Positions 44,847 through 54,188 of a stretch of DNA of 64,000 nt are shown here, piece after piece. The notes beneath the pieces are model-generated. The model made no database searches. It was not told where the DNA came from and saw only the letters and a list, made by a program, of their open reading frames with translations. Every line of letters begins with the position of its first letter. The first letter of the stretch is position 1. This DNA is from an uncultured Verrucomicrobiae bacterium (GTDB lineage: Bacteria > Chlamydiota > Chlamydiia > Chlamydiales > Rhabdochlamydiaceae), in NCBI GenBank assembly GCA_963813135.1, contig CAWEXY010000011.1, positions 182,374 to 246,373 on the forward strand. The letters run 5' to 3'. A program made the translations under genes and the position numbers.

Positions 44847-47005
44847 TACTTAAAATAGCTGCGGATGCTAGTAATTGTAAACTCTTCTCCTTGAAATTTG
44901 AAAGATTCCCCAACTTTTAGCCCTTTCATCGATTGGGCGAGCTTGGATTGGAAAGAGAGGATGAGCTGTTCGGCGTCGGCGTCCCAGGGTCCAAGAAGTG
45001 TGTAAATCGCCACTTTTCCTTTTTCGCTTTTGCATTCGACGACGCAACCAACTCCGACTTCATCGGTAGAGACATCCGCCTCGGTCAAGACGCGTGCTTT
45101 ATTGGCCTGGTCTGAAAGCGACTTGAGCTCAGATTGCAGGCGGTCGCGTTTCGCAAGGGCTGCTTTGAACTCGGCATTTTCTTTTAAGTCGCCGTGGGCT
45201 CTTGCTGTCTCGATTTCTTTCGCCGTTTCGATCGTCTCCACGGTCGCGATTTGTTCCATCCGTTCTTTCGCTTTGCGAAACCCTTGTTCTGTCGTCCAGA
45301 TCACATTGTTTTCTGCAGAAGATTCCGACTTTTTACGGAGGGAAGGGTGGACAACTTCGGCAAGGGAGTGGAGAATTTTAATGTCATGATCAGAGAGAGA
45401 ATGGCATTTTGTCGCGAGGAGTAAAAATTCCTGCGTTATGGGCAAGGGGGCGCCTTGGAAAATATTTCGCACGATGGAAAACCGTTCGCCTGTGAGGAGG
45501 CTGTTCATCTTTTTGACCAGCTCTTTTTGCGTTCCTATCTGCTCAAGATGGCTTAAGAGGACGAAAAACCCTTCCATGAATCGGCATTTGCCCTCCTTGT
45601 CGGCATAAGGGGCTTTGGGATCGGACATGATCTTTTGGAAATACCAAATGAACAGTTCTGGGAAGCGGCTGGGATGGACCCATAGATCTTCCAATTTACG
45701 TTTTAGATCGGGCAGCGTCTCAGGGTTGAGAAGCTCGGTGAAAAGATAATCGCGTAAAGGATTTTGTACGGCAGTGAAGAGGAGGTTGAGAAAAAGCTCC
45801 TTCCAATCAGGACGCACTTTACGGATGACCATCAAAACCCGTTTTTTAAGGGAGTGGATATCGATCGATTGAACGAGGGCCTCGAGCGATTTGGCATTTT
45901 GAATGATGGCTGCGATCTTCCCATTTCCTTTTTGCCCTGATACATCTTCCAAAAGAAACAGCAATTGCAGCTGCTGCGCTTCGGTCAGATCTGTGAGGCT
46001 AAGGGCTTCGTCGATTTTGGCCTGGATGGCGGATTTGAAATCGGGATTTTTTAAAGTTTCTGGAAAATCGCGCAAAAACGCGTAAATCATGGGAATAAAA
46101 GCAGGAACATCGGGCTTGCTTTCAAGCGCTTTAAGAAATCTTTCTTCGTGCGAGACTTCAGAGCGGCGCAAAATAAATTGCCCTTGAAGGTCTTCGGGAG
46201 TCTCGATCATGGTGTCTTTTTTTATTTTCCCGCGCGCTCCCTGCCACCACTTGGCCCAATCTTCTTCCGGAATGACGAGCTCGCAAAGCTCGTTTTTAAT
46301 TTCAGACGCTGTTTTGGGCCCTAGGTCGCGGAGCAAAATGCGGATGACTTCGATGGGATTTTCTTTGGCTTTTCCCTCGAGCAGATCGGCGCTGCCGAAC
46401 CGCAGAGCAAGGAAATGATCATCAGGAATGGGGACGAGTGTTTTAAAGGCGTTGGAAAAGGAGAGATCTTTTTTGCCGGGAACATTTTCAAATTCGACGC
46501 TGAGCTGTTCGCGGATAAAAGAAACGTCCATGATTTCGCCGACGCCCCACCCGCCAGTATGGAAAACAAACTTGCCCTTCTCCATATGGTTGAGTAATTC
46601 AAAGTGGCTTACAGCGCCCTGGAAATTTTCCTTTCCGCGCAAACCAACGAGGCGAAGTTTTTCGTTATAGTTTTTAACGGTGGACCAACGGTTTTGGATG
46701 TAGCTGAAAACCATTTGGCGCAATTCTTCATTGTTGGTAGTTACAAGGTCGATGATGAGTTTAAAGAGGTTGTGTTTGGGGCTTCCTTCGGGAAGCTTTT
46801 CCCAAAGAGGAAGGATTTTTTCGACATATTTGCCAAAGGGCTCGCCGAATTCTGATGTTTGAGTGGCTTTTAAAATATCGAAGAGTTCTTGGGGGTCTAC
46901 TTCGTCGCTTGCACAATATTCCTCCCATAGGCGGAGGAAGGCTGGATAATCGCGCTCAGCGATTTTATGTAGAAAATCTTTTAAATAACTCATCAAAATC
47001 TCCAT
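44846..47005 (-). CDS. greA: long chlamydial-type transcription elongation factor GreA
   Basis: The C-terminal ~160 aa form a GreA domain (ARAHGDLKENAEFKAALAKRDRLQSELKSL..., ...YTLLGPWDAD...SFQSKLAQSMKGLKVGESF). It is preceded by a ~550-aa extension, as in Chlamydia GreA. Confidence 0.85.
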   Translation of the reverse strand: MEILMSYLKDFLHKIAERDYPAFLRLWEEYCASDEVDPQELFDILKATQTSEFGEPFGKYVEKILPLWEKLPEGSPKHNLFKLIIDLVTTNNEELRQMVFSYIQNRWSTVKNYNEKLRLVGLRGKENFQGAVSHFELLNHMEKGKFVFHTGGWGVGEIMDVSFIREQLSVEFENVPGKKDLSFSNAFKTLVPIPDDHFLALRFGSADLLEGKAKENPIEVIRILLRDLGPKTASEIKNELCELVIPEEDWAKWWQGARGKIKKDTMIETPEDLQGQFILRRSEVSHEERFLKALESKPDVPAFIPMIYAFLRDFPETLKNPDFKSAIQAKIDEALSLTDLTEAQQLQLLFLLEDVSGQKGNGKIAAIIQNAKSLEALVQSIDIHSLKKRVLMVIRKVRPDWKELFLNLLFTAVQNPLRDYLFTELLNPETLPDLKRKLEDLWVHPSRFPELFIWYFQKIMSDPKAPYADKEGKCRFMEGFFVLLSHLEQIGTQKELVKKMNSLLTGERFSIVRNIFQGAPLPITQEFLLLATKCHSLSDHDIKILHSLAEVVHPSLRKKSESSAENNVIWTTEQGFRKAKERMEQIATVETIETAKEIETARAHGDLKENAEFKAALAKRDRLQSELKSLSDQANKARVLTEADVSTDEVGVGCVVECKSEKGKVAIYTLLGPWDADAEQLILSFQSKLAQSMKGLKVGESFKFQGEEFTITSIRSYFK

Positions 47006-47063
47006 GAGATGACCTCGTCGGACTGAGTATAGAGCTCCTCCTATTTCACTTCAACCACACAAT

Positions 47064-48374
47064 CTATGACAAAGAAATTTTTGGAAAACGACGGATGAGA
47101 TAGAGAGGGTAGTTGTAAATATTTCCATCATGTTTAACATTCATCAATGTTGTCCGAGTGAGCTTTGACGGGGCATATTTATTGCCGTATATGAGAAGGC
47201 TCTTTTTTTTCTGGCTGATTCCAGCTTTTGCTTCCAACGGATAAATTTGATGATCTCCTTCGACTAAAAAATCGATTTCTGCTGTGCCGGGGCTGGCCCA
47301 GTAGTAAAGCCCGCGCCCTGATGCTGCGATCAGCTCTTGGGCAACAAGATTTTCTGTTAACGCCCCTTTAAATTCAGTAAATAGAGTGTTTCCTTCAATA
47401 ACCGCATGAGGAGAAAGACTGCTTTGCGCGCCTAGCAGGCCGACATCTAATAAGAAGATTTTGAATGTGTCTGTATCAGCATAAGCGCTGAGAGGAAATT
47501 TAGGAGACTCGACGAAATGACTTTTGTGAATGAGGCCCGCATCGACAAGCCATTGTATGGCCTCTTCATAATCTCGGCCTCTAGCGCTTTGTCTTATAGC
47601 TGCAAAAATGAATTTTTTATTTTCTTTTGCCAATTGTCGATGAATTTGCTTCCAAACAGTTGTGATTTTCATGATTTCATGCGGAGGAGCATGTTTGGCA
47701 AAATCTTTCTCATAGGCGCTTAGAATTTCCGATTGAACTTCTCGGACGACCTGTAATTTTTCTGTTTTTACATATTCTGCGACAGCCTCAGGCATTCCGC
47801 CTACAAACAAATATAATTTCAATAACTGAATCAGTTTTTCATGTAGAGGGGATGGTAGCGGTTCATAAGAAGAATATTCTTCTAAAAAGACTCGAAGTTT
47901 TTCATTATCAGTGGCAGAAAGAAATTCAAAAAAACATAGAGGATAGAGATGCAAAAAGTTAACTTTACCTACTGGAAATCCTTCTTCCTGCGCCACTTTA
48001 ACTCCAAGCAGAGAGCCTGCTGTTGCGATGTGGTATGCGCCTGCTTCCTCGCAAAAATATTTCAAACTATTGAGAGCTTTGGGGCATTCTTGAATTTCAT
48101 CAAAAATCATTAGGGTGTTCTGCGGCTCTATATCAACGTTTGCATGGATGCTGAGAACTTTGATAAGTTGTTTAGGATCTAAAGTGCCAGTAAAGTAGTC
48201 GGCCAGTTTCTCGTCTTTTTCAAAATTCAAATAGGCCGTTTTCTTATAGGAGGTTTTACCGAAATGCTTCAACGCATAAGTCTTTCCAACTTGTCTTGCC
48301 CCATTGATTATTAAGGGTTTGCGGCGTGAAGATTGTTTCCACTCTTCTAGTGCAGAATAGATATCGCGTTTCAT
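47064..48374 (-). CDS. AAA-family ATPase with a DUF4143-type C-terminal domain
   Basis: The P-loop is INGARQVGKTY and the Walker B is TLMIFDEIQECP. The later blocks KIFLLDVGLL and YYWASPGTAEIDFLVE are typical of the AAA_14/DUF4143 family. Confidence 0.8.
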   Translation of the reverse strand: MKRDIYSALEEWKQSSRRKPLIINGARQVGKTYALKHFGKTSYKKTAYLNFEKDEKLADYFTGTLDPKQLIKVLSIHANVDIEPQNTLMIFDEIQECPKALNSLKYFCEEAGAYHIATAGSLLGVKVAQEEGFPVGKVNFLHLYPLCFFEFLSATDNEKLRVFLEEYSSYEPLPSPLHEKLIQLLKLYLFVGGMPEAVAEYVKTEKLQVVREVQSEILSAYEKDFAKHAPPHEIMKITTVWKQIHRQLAKENKKFIFAAIRQSARGRDYEEAIQWLVDAGLIHKSHFVESPKFPLSAYADTDTFKIFLLDVGLLGAQSSLSPHAVIEGNTLFTEFKGALTENLVAQELIAASGRGLYYWASPGTAEIDFLVEGDHQIYPLEAKAGISQKKKSLLIYGNKYAPSKLTRTTLMNVKHDGNIYNYPLYLIRRFPKISLS

Positions 48375-48417
48375 AATCTCAGACTAAAGGTTTTTTATGA
48401 AAAAGACAAGTATTCCT

Positions 48418-48483
48418 TAGCAAAACGTGTAATGTGACCACGTTTTTCCATGGAAAAACGTGGTCACATTACACGTTTTGCTA
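48418..48483. repeat. perfect 66-bp palindrome in a divergent intergenic region
   Basis: TAGCAAAACGTGTAATGTGACCACGTTTTTCCA|TGGAAAAACGTGGTCACATTACACGTTTTGCTA. The arms are 33 + 33 nt with no mismatch and no spacer, centred on CCATGG. I checked it base by base. Confidence 0.9.
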
Positions 48484-48568
48484 GGGAAAATTACATAAGT
48501 CATTGATTATAAGCAGTCTTCTAAAAACGCCTTGAAAAATCATAGGAAATCCTCTACTCTCCTTACCC

Positions 48569-50674
48569 ATGCTTCGCTGGTCGTACGCACTAATTTTATT
48601 TTCAATCTTAAATGCCTCCGATCTTTTCGATGATTTAGCGTTGGTAGACGAAATTGATAAAAAACATTTGGACCGTCTTCCGTTTATTTATAACTTCTCC
48701 ATGATCGGCGGATACTTCAACATGCCGTCAGGGCGCGTCGCAGAAGAAGGGACGACAGGATTCGGCGCGGCGAGGGCCCATCCCTATAACGTCTATGGGC
48801 TCAATTTTCAGTATTTCGATCGGATTGAGCTGGCCCTGAACTACCGCATTTTTACAGGAGTGATGGAAAAGAATTTTGGCCATCACGGGTTCGGCAACGA
48901 CGCGGAACGGATTGCGAATGGGAAAATTGTTTTAAACCTTCCGTCCGATGGCTTTCCCGATTTCCCTTCGTTTGCGATAGGAGCGGATGACTTCATTGGC
49001 ACCAAAAGGTTCAATTCGGAATATGTCCTGCTGACGAAGGAATGGCTCCCCGCCAATTTAGAAATGACGCTCGGCTGGGGGCGTAAGAGGATCAAGGGAT
49101 TTTTTGGAGGCGTGGCCTGGACGCCGCTGCGCAAGGTGCATGCGCCCATTTTAAGCGACATCACATTCGTCGCGGAGTACGATGCCATCGATTATAAAAA
49201 TCATCCGCATGAGCATCCCAAAGGGAGGGATGTGGGCAGCCGCATCAATGCCGGGGCGAGCTATGTGGCGGGAGATATGTTTCAGCTATCGGTGAGTTCT
49301 TTGCGAGGCCAGCATCTAGGAGCATCCGCTTCGATGCGCTATCCTCTAGGGACGACGACAGGCTTTATCAAAAAAACGCAGGACCCCCTCTATTACCGCT
49401 CGCCGATCGATACGGAGCCTCTGGGCATGATCCGGCCGAAAAAAACATTTGCCCATGAGCTGGGGTACGCGCTTGGGGCAGAGCGGATCGATCTCTATAG
49501 CGTGCGCATCACGGCGGACAACACGCTCTGGATCAAGATCGTGAACAACGCCTATCGAGAAGAGAGCATTATGCGAGAGCGGTTGGAGCGCATCCTTGCC
49601 GCGCTGACGCCTTCCGATATCCACCAAGTGATCGTAGTGGATGAAGCGGACGGCGTCGCAGCGCAAGCGTATGTGTTTCGCACGGAAGATCTGTACCGGT
49701 ACCGGCAAAAACAAATCGGTAAATATGAAATGGAGGCGCTCAGTCCGCTGCGCGATGTTGTTAAAGCTCCGCCTCATAGCGAGCTCCTCTACCATCGTAC
49801 AAAGCCTATCTGGACTTTTACCGTGCAGCCCCGGTTCTTATCGTTTTTTGGAAGCTCTAGCGGAAAGTTCAAATACAACGTTGGCGTTATCGCTCGCCCC
49901 GAGGGATATCTTTTCGACGAAATCTACTACGAGACGCAAGTCGGCTACCAAATCAAATCGAGCCTGTATGATGTCAGAGATGTCGATCGCCTCAACCCGT
50001 CGCAGCTTCCCAACGTCCGCACGGACACCATTCGATATTTTCAATCGAACACGTTTGATCTGGAGATGGCTTACTTGCAAAAGAGCTTTAACGTCGGCAA
50101 GGGTTGGTTTTTTCGCCTTGCGGGAGGATATTTCGAAGCGGCTTATGGCGGGGCCGCAACGGAGCTCTTGTATTATCCGATCGATACTTCAGGAGATTCT
50201 TCTTGGGCGATCGGTTTTGAAGAGGCCACGGTTTTGAAAAGACGTTATAAGGGCCTTGCTTTCACCCGCAAAATACGCCGGCTCAAAGGCCATAAGCCCA
50301 CCTATGAACACTTCATCGGTGTTCAATATTTTTTTGATCTCTATTACACGTTAAAGCCGTGGAACCTCGATCTCAAAATGATGGCAGGACAATTTTTAGC
50401 TAAAGACAGGGGGGTTCGCTTTGAGATGACCAGGTGGTTCCCGAGCGGGCTCAACGTTTCCCTATGGTATACCATCACGAATGGGCATGATAAACTCAAT
50501 GGCGGCATCTACCATGACAAGGGCTTTGCCTTTGGCATCCCGCTCGATTTTTTCTTGAGGCGCTCGAGCCGCACCTACGCGGGCTATGCCATGTCGGCCT
50601 GGCTAAGGGATGTGGGAGCTTTTGCCGATAGCGGAAGGCAGCTCTACAACACCCTTCGTCTAGAAAGAAAATAG
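48569..50674 (+). CDS. YjbH-family outer-membrane exopolysaccharide protein
   Basis: The C-terminal half (LPNVRTDTIRYFQSN...LAGGYFEAAYGGAATELLYYP...WAIGFEEA...GQFLAKDRGVRFEMTRWF...GFAFGIPLD) is collinear with E. coli YjbH as I recall it. An N-terminal signal-like segment is present. Confidence 0.75.
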   Translation: MLRWSYALILFSILNASDLFDDLALVDEIDKKHLDRLPFIYNFSMIGGYFNMPSGRVAEEGTTGFGAARAHPYNVYGLNFQYFDRIELALNYRIFTGVMEKNFGHHGFGNDAERIANGKIVLNLPSDGFPDFPSFAIGADDFIGTKRFNSEYVLLTKEWLPANLEMTLGWGRKRIKGFFGGVAWTPLRKVHAPILSDITFVAEYDAIDYKNHPHEHPKGRDVGSRINAGASYVAGDMFQLSVSSLRGQHLGASASMRYPLGTTTGFIKKTQDPLYYRSPIDTEPLGMIRPKKTFAHELGYALGAERIDLYSVRITADNTLWIKIVNNAYREESIMRERLERILAALTPSDIHQVIVVDEADGVAAQAYVFRTEDLYRYRQKQIGKYEMEALSPLRDVVKAPPHSELLYHRTKPIWTFTVQPRFLSFFGSSSGKFKYNVGVIARPEGYLFDEIYYETQVGYQIKSSLYDVRDVDRLNPSQLPNVRTDTIRYFQSNTFDLEMAYLQKSFNVGKGWFFRLAGGYFEAAYGGAATELLYYPIDTSGDSSWAIGFEEATVLKRRYKGLAFTRKIRRLKGHKPTYEHFIGVQYFFDLYYTLKPWNLDLKMMAGQFLAKDRGVRFEMTRWFPSGLNVSLWYTITNGHDKLNGGIYHDKGFAFGIPLDFFLRRSSRTYAGYAMSAWLRDVGAFADSGRQLYNTLRLERK

Positions 50675-50697
50675 AAAGAAGAGTATCATAGCATCCT

Positions 50698-51747
50698 ATG
50701 AAAAAATTATTATTTTGCCTGTTGATCCCCTTATTTCTCGCGAGCGAGCCCAAAATTGAAATCGTTGCTCCGTTCCACAATCTTACGAATGAGCGCGAAC
50801 AGTTAACAAACATGCTCAAAGAAAAAGGTTTTGCTGCAACCGTCGTCCCCACCGATCTTTCCCACTATGATGGCCTAAAGAAAAAGGAAGGGCGCTTAGG
50901 ACGGCTGCAGCGGAAATTTTCGCTCGACTTTCCGCATAAGATCGAGCCCGATAAAGATGTGGCCAAAATAGTTTTTTGGAATATTACTTATCCCTATCGG
51001 CGAAAGCTCAGCCTCGAAAAGCTTCCCAAGGATCGCATGGTGTTGTTTGTTTGGGAACCTCCTACGCTTTTTCCTAAAATGTTTTCTAAAAACATGCCCA
51101 AATATTTTTCCCGGATCTACACCTGGGAAGACGATGTGATCGACAACAAAACTTATTTCAAATTTTACTATCCTGTTCTTCAGGCGATGAGAAATAATCT
51201 TCCTTCATTTGAAGAAAAGAAGTTTTGTACGCTCGTCGCAGGCAATCCTCCCGGAAAATTCTATAGACGTAAGGGCGAGCTCTACTCAGAGCGCGTGCGT
51301 GCGATTGATTTCTTCGAAAAAGTCGGCGAGAAGGGTTTTGAACTCTACGGACGCGGTTGGGATAAAGAGAAGCACCCCGCTTATTTAGGAAAAGCCGGGG
51401 ACAAGATAGAAACGATCAAAAACTACCGCTTCGCCATCTGTTATGAAAATACAGGTACATCCAATGGGTATGTGACAGAAAAAATCTTCGACTGCTTTGC
51501 CGCGGGAATTATTCCTGTCTATTTAGGCGCGCCCAATATCGAAAAATATGTTCCTAAAACGTGCTTCATCGACCGCCGCGATTTTGCCTCGATGGAAGAT
51601 CTCTACGCGTTTATGAAGGCCATGACCCAAGAAGAATACAACACATATTTGCAAAGCATCCGCGCGTTTCTTTGCTCTGAGCAAGCCCATCTTTTTTCTC
51701 GAGAGAACTTTGATCAGATCTTCTTCGATGCCGTGACCGTGAAATAA
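50698..51747 (+). CDS. GT10-family alpha-1,3-fucosyltransferase-like glycosyltransferase
   Basis: YRFAICYENTGTSNGYVTEKIFDCFAAGIIPVYLGAPNIEKYVP matches the GT10 motif (cf. H. pylori FucT YKFNLCFENS...GYVTEKI...IPIYWG). Confidence 0.8.
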   Translation: MKKLLFCLLIPLFLASEPKIEIVAPFHNLTNEREQLTNMLKEKGFAATVVPTDLSHYDGLKKKEGRLGRLQRKFSLDFPHKIEPDKDVAKIVFWNITYPYRRKLSLEKLPKDRMVLFVWEPPTLFPKMFSKNMPKYFSRIYTWEDDVIDNKTYFKFYYPVLQAMRNNLPSFEEKKFCTLVAGNPPGKFYRRKGELYSERVRAIDFFEKVGEKGFELYGRGWDKEKHPAYLGKAGDKIETIKNYRFAICYENTGTSNGYVTEKIFDCFAAGIIPVYLGAPNIEKYVPKTCFIDRRDFASMEDLYAFMKAMTQEEYNTYLQSIRAFLCSEQAHLFSRENFDQIFFDAVTVK

Positions 51748-51878
51748 TATCTTATTTCTAAATCTTTCTCTTATGGTATAAATATTGATCGTTTCTTGCA
51801 TGAATGGATGGTGATTGAGGACTACGCCTGGTCGCTTGCGGGGAAGGAACTCAATAAACTGCCGAAAAGGAGAAAAAT

Positions 51879-52790
51879 ATGACACCCATATCTTCAGCGA
51901 CTTCTCCCACAGATCCGTCGTTTCAAACTGTTCCCGTCAACCAGAACGAACTACAAACAACAAATCGCTTGGTGCAAACGGCAATTCCACCAGCGGCACA
52001 TTCTTCCGAGCAGGATCTGTCTTCTAAAAATATACATGTTCAAGCGAGCTCGGAAAGACCGCTGACACCTTTGTTTACGATGGGAATGAAGGTTATTCAA
52101 GATCAAGCGCTCAAAATTAAAGAACAGGAAAGTCAGATAGTGAAGCTGCGTAAAGACTTAGAAAGTATGCAAATTCAGGCATCAATCCCTATAGCTTTCG
52201 GAAAAGTAGCCTGGGCAAAATATTTTGGGGATATCGGCGATGAGCCACCCCTCCCGCACGACATCCAAACCATCCTTCAAAGCCCTTGTCCCTATTGGCC
52301 CAAAAAGAAAGTCCAGGAGACCCACCTCCTCGTTCTCGTTCCTCAAACCGTCAATGGAAAACCCCTGACCTTAAAAACGCTAGGAGAGTTCATCCAAAAG
52401 CCCCTCCAAGGAACACCCACGCGGTATGAATATTGTAGTCTTGGAGAACATACCGATCCACCAGCGCCTTCATCACACTGGGCCCTTCTAACCCGCGATA
52501 TCATTGAAGGGAGCCGAAGCAAAAGCTACAGCAATCAGAAAGCGCTTATTAAAGCGCCATACGAAGTGCCGACAATATTAGATGCGACTGTTGCCATATT
52601 AATGGAACACGTCCGCACTGGAACGAGGCTGTATAGCAACAGCCCTTGGACATATACGCGATGTCAAGAAAAGTATAATGAGAATTGGCAATTGATCGTT
52701 GGGGGTTTTGGGGCCGCCGGTCTCCACGTCTCCTACAGCCTCTCCGGCGACTACGACGACATTGGGGTGGCCGGTCTCAGGAAGTTGTAG
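51879..52790 (+). CDS. duplicated hypothetical protein, copy 1 (Ser/Pro/Thr-rich leader + coiled coil + ~190-aa conserved C-terminal domain)
   Basis: ATG follows AAAGGAGAAAAAT. 303 aa, near-identical to copy 2. Confidence 0.7.
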   Translation: MTPISSATSPTDPSFQTVPVNQNELQTTNRLVQTAIPPAAHSSEQDLSSKNIHVQASSERPLTPLFTMGMKVIQDQALKIKEQESQIVKLRKDLESMQIQASIPIAFGKVAWAKYFGDIGDEPPLPHDIQTILQSPCPYWPKKKVQETHLLVLVPQTVNGKPLTLKTLGEFIQKPLQGTPTRYEYCSLGEHTDPPAPSSHWALLTRDIIEGSRSKSYSNQKALIKAPYEVPTILDATVAILMEHVRTGTRLYSNSPWTYTRCQEKYNENWQLIVGGFGAAGLHVSYSLSGDYDDIGVAGLRKL

Positions 52791-52807
52791 CGGCCGACAA
52801 GGCCGCG
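52791..52807 (+). terminator. short GC hairpin directly after the copy-1 stop
   Basis: GCGGCC-GACAA-GGCCGC is followed by GTTTCT. The U-tract is weak. It is present only after copy 1. Confidence 0.3.
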
Positions 52808-52991
52808 TTTCTAGGGAGAACTTCGATCAGATCTTCTTCGATGCCGTGACCGTGAAATAATATCTTATTTCTAAATCTTTCTCTTATGGTATAAATATTG
52901 ATCGTTTCTTGCATGAATGGATGGTGATTGAGGATTACGCCCGATCGCTTGCGGGGAAGGAACTCAATAAACTGCCGAAAAGGAGAAAAAT

Positions 52992-53906
52992 ATGACACCC
53001 CTATCTTCAGCAACTTCTCCCCCAGGTCCGTCAATTCAAACTGTTCCCGTCAACCAGAACGAACTACAAACAACAAATCGCTTGGTGCAAATGGCAATTC
53101 CACCAGCGATACATTCTTCCGAGCAGGATCTGTCTTCTAAAAATATACATGTTCAAACGAACTCGGAAAGAGCGCTAACACCTTTGTTTACGATGGGAAT
53201 GAAGATTATTCAAGATCAAGCGCTCAAAATTAAAGAACAGGAAAGTCAGATAGTAAAGCTGCGTAAAAACTTAGAAAGTATGCAAATTCAGGCATCAATT
53301 CCTATGGTTTTCGGAAAAATAGCATGGGCAAAATATTTTGGGGATATCGGCGATGAGCCACCCCTCCCGCACGACATCCAAACCATCCTTCAAAGCCCTT
53401 GTCCCTATTGGCCCAAAAATAAAGTCCAGGAGACCCACCTCCTCGTTCTCGTTCCTCAAACCGTCAATGGAAAGCCCCTGACCTTAAAAACGCTAGGAGA
53501 GTTCATCCAAAAGCCCCTCCAAGGAACACCCACGAAGTATCAAACATTCGATCTAGGAGACTATACCGATGCACCTGCTGCTAAGTCGCATTGGGCCCTT
53601 CTAACCCGCGATATCATTGAAGGGAGCCGAAGCAAAAGCTACAGCAATCAGAAAGCGCTTATTAAAGCGCCATACGAAGTGCCGACAATATTAGATGCGA
53701 CTGTTGCCATATTAATGGAACACGTCCGCACTGGAACGAGGCTGTATAGCAACAGCCCTTGGACATATACGCGATGTCAAGAAAAGTATAATGAGAATTG
53801 GCAATTGGTCGTTGGGGGTTTTGGGGTCGCTGGTCTCAACGTCTACTTCTCCCTCTACGGCGACTACGTCAGCAGCGGCGTTGGGGGTCTTAGGAAGTTT
53901 TTTTAG
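52992..53906 (+). CDS. duplicated hypothetical protein, copy 2
   Basis: 304 aa. The differences from copy 1 cluster in TPT(R/K)Y(EYCS/QTFD)LG(EH/DY)TD(P/A)PA(PS/AK)SHW and in the last ~25 aa. Confidence 0.7.
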   Translation: MTPLSSATSPPGPSIQTVPVNQNELQTTNRLVQMAIPPAIHSSEQDLSSKNIHVQTNSERALTPLFTMGMKIIQDQALKIKEQESQIVKLRKNLESMQIQASIPMVFGKIAWAKYFGDIGDEPPLPHDIQTILQSPCPYWPKNKVQETHLLVLVPQTVNGKPLTLKTLGEFIQKPLQGTPTKYQTFDLGDYTDAPAAKSHWALLTRDIIEGSRSKSYSNQKALIKAPYEVPTILDATVAILMEHVRTGTRLYSNSPWTYTRCQEKYNENWQLVVGGFGVAGLNVYFSLYGDYVSSGVGGLRKFF

Positions 53907-54188
53907 GGGCTTGGAACTTGGACCATTGGGGGATTTAGGAATTTTCTCCTCTCTCTGCTCTTCTCTTTATCTCTTGCTCCTTGGATCTTGACGGGCGGCG
54001 ATAGCCGCTCCGATAGAGTGTTGTGGAAAGCATTTGAATTCAATGCGATCCATTCAATATACTCCTTGAGTACTTAAAGTGCTTTTTCTGAAAGATGAGG
54101 AAAATTCTTTAAGGAATTTTATGACCGCCTAACTTGCCCCTGAATGGTATAAGATTAGCGATAATCGTTTACAAAGAGGAGACATTGT

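Larger units (their letters stand above)
51703..53903 (+). repeat. tandem duplication, 2 units with a period of 1113 bp
   Basis: ~51703-52790 is repeated at ~52817-53903. ATG-to-ATG spacing is 52992-51879 = 1113. Unit 2 also re-copies the last ~45 nt of the fucosyltransferase gene plus its 130-nt downstream spacer. Confidence 0.9.

Noticed and set aside
51523-53034. Minus-strand ORFs 51523..51885 and 52777..53034, and plus-strand ORFs 51815..52027 and 52928..53140
   Set aside because: These pairs of look-alike ORFs exist only because the underlying DNA is tandemly duplicated. They overlap the GT10 gene end, the leaders and the real paralogue starts, and they lack RBSs.
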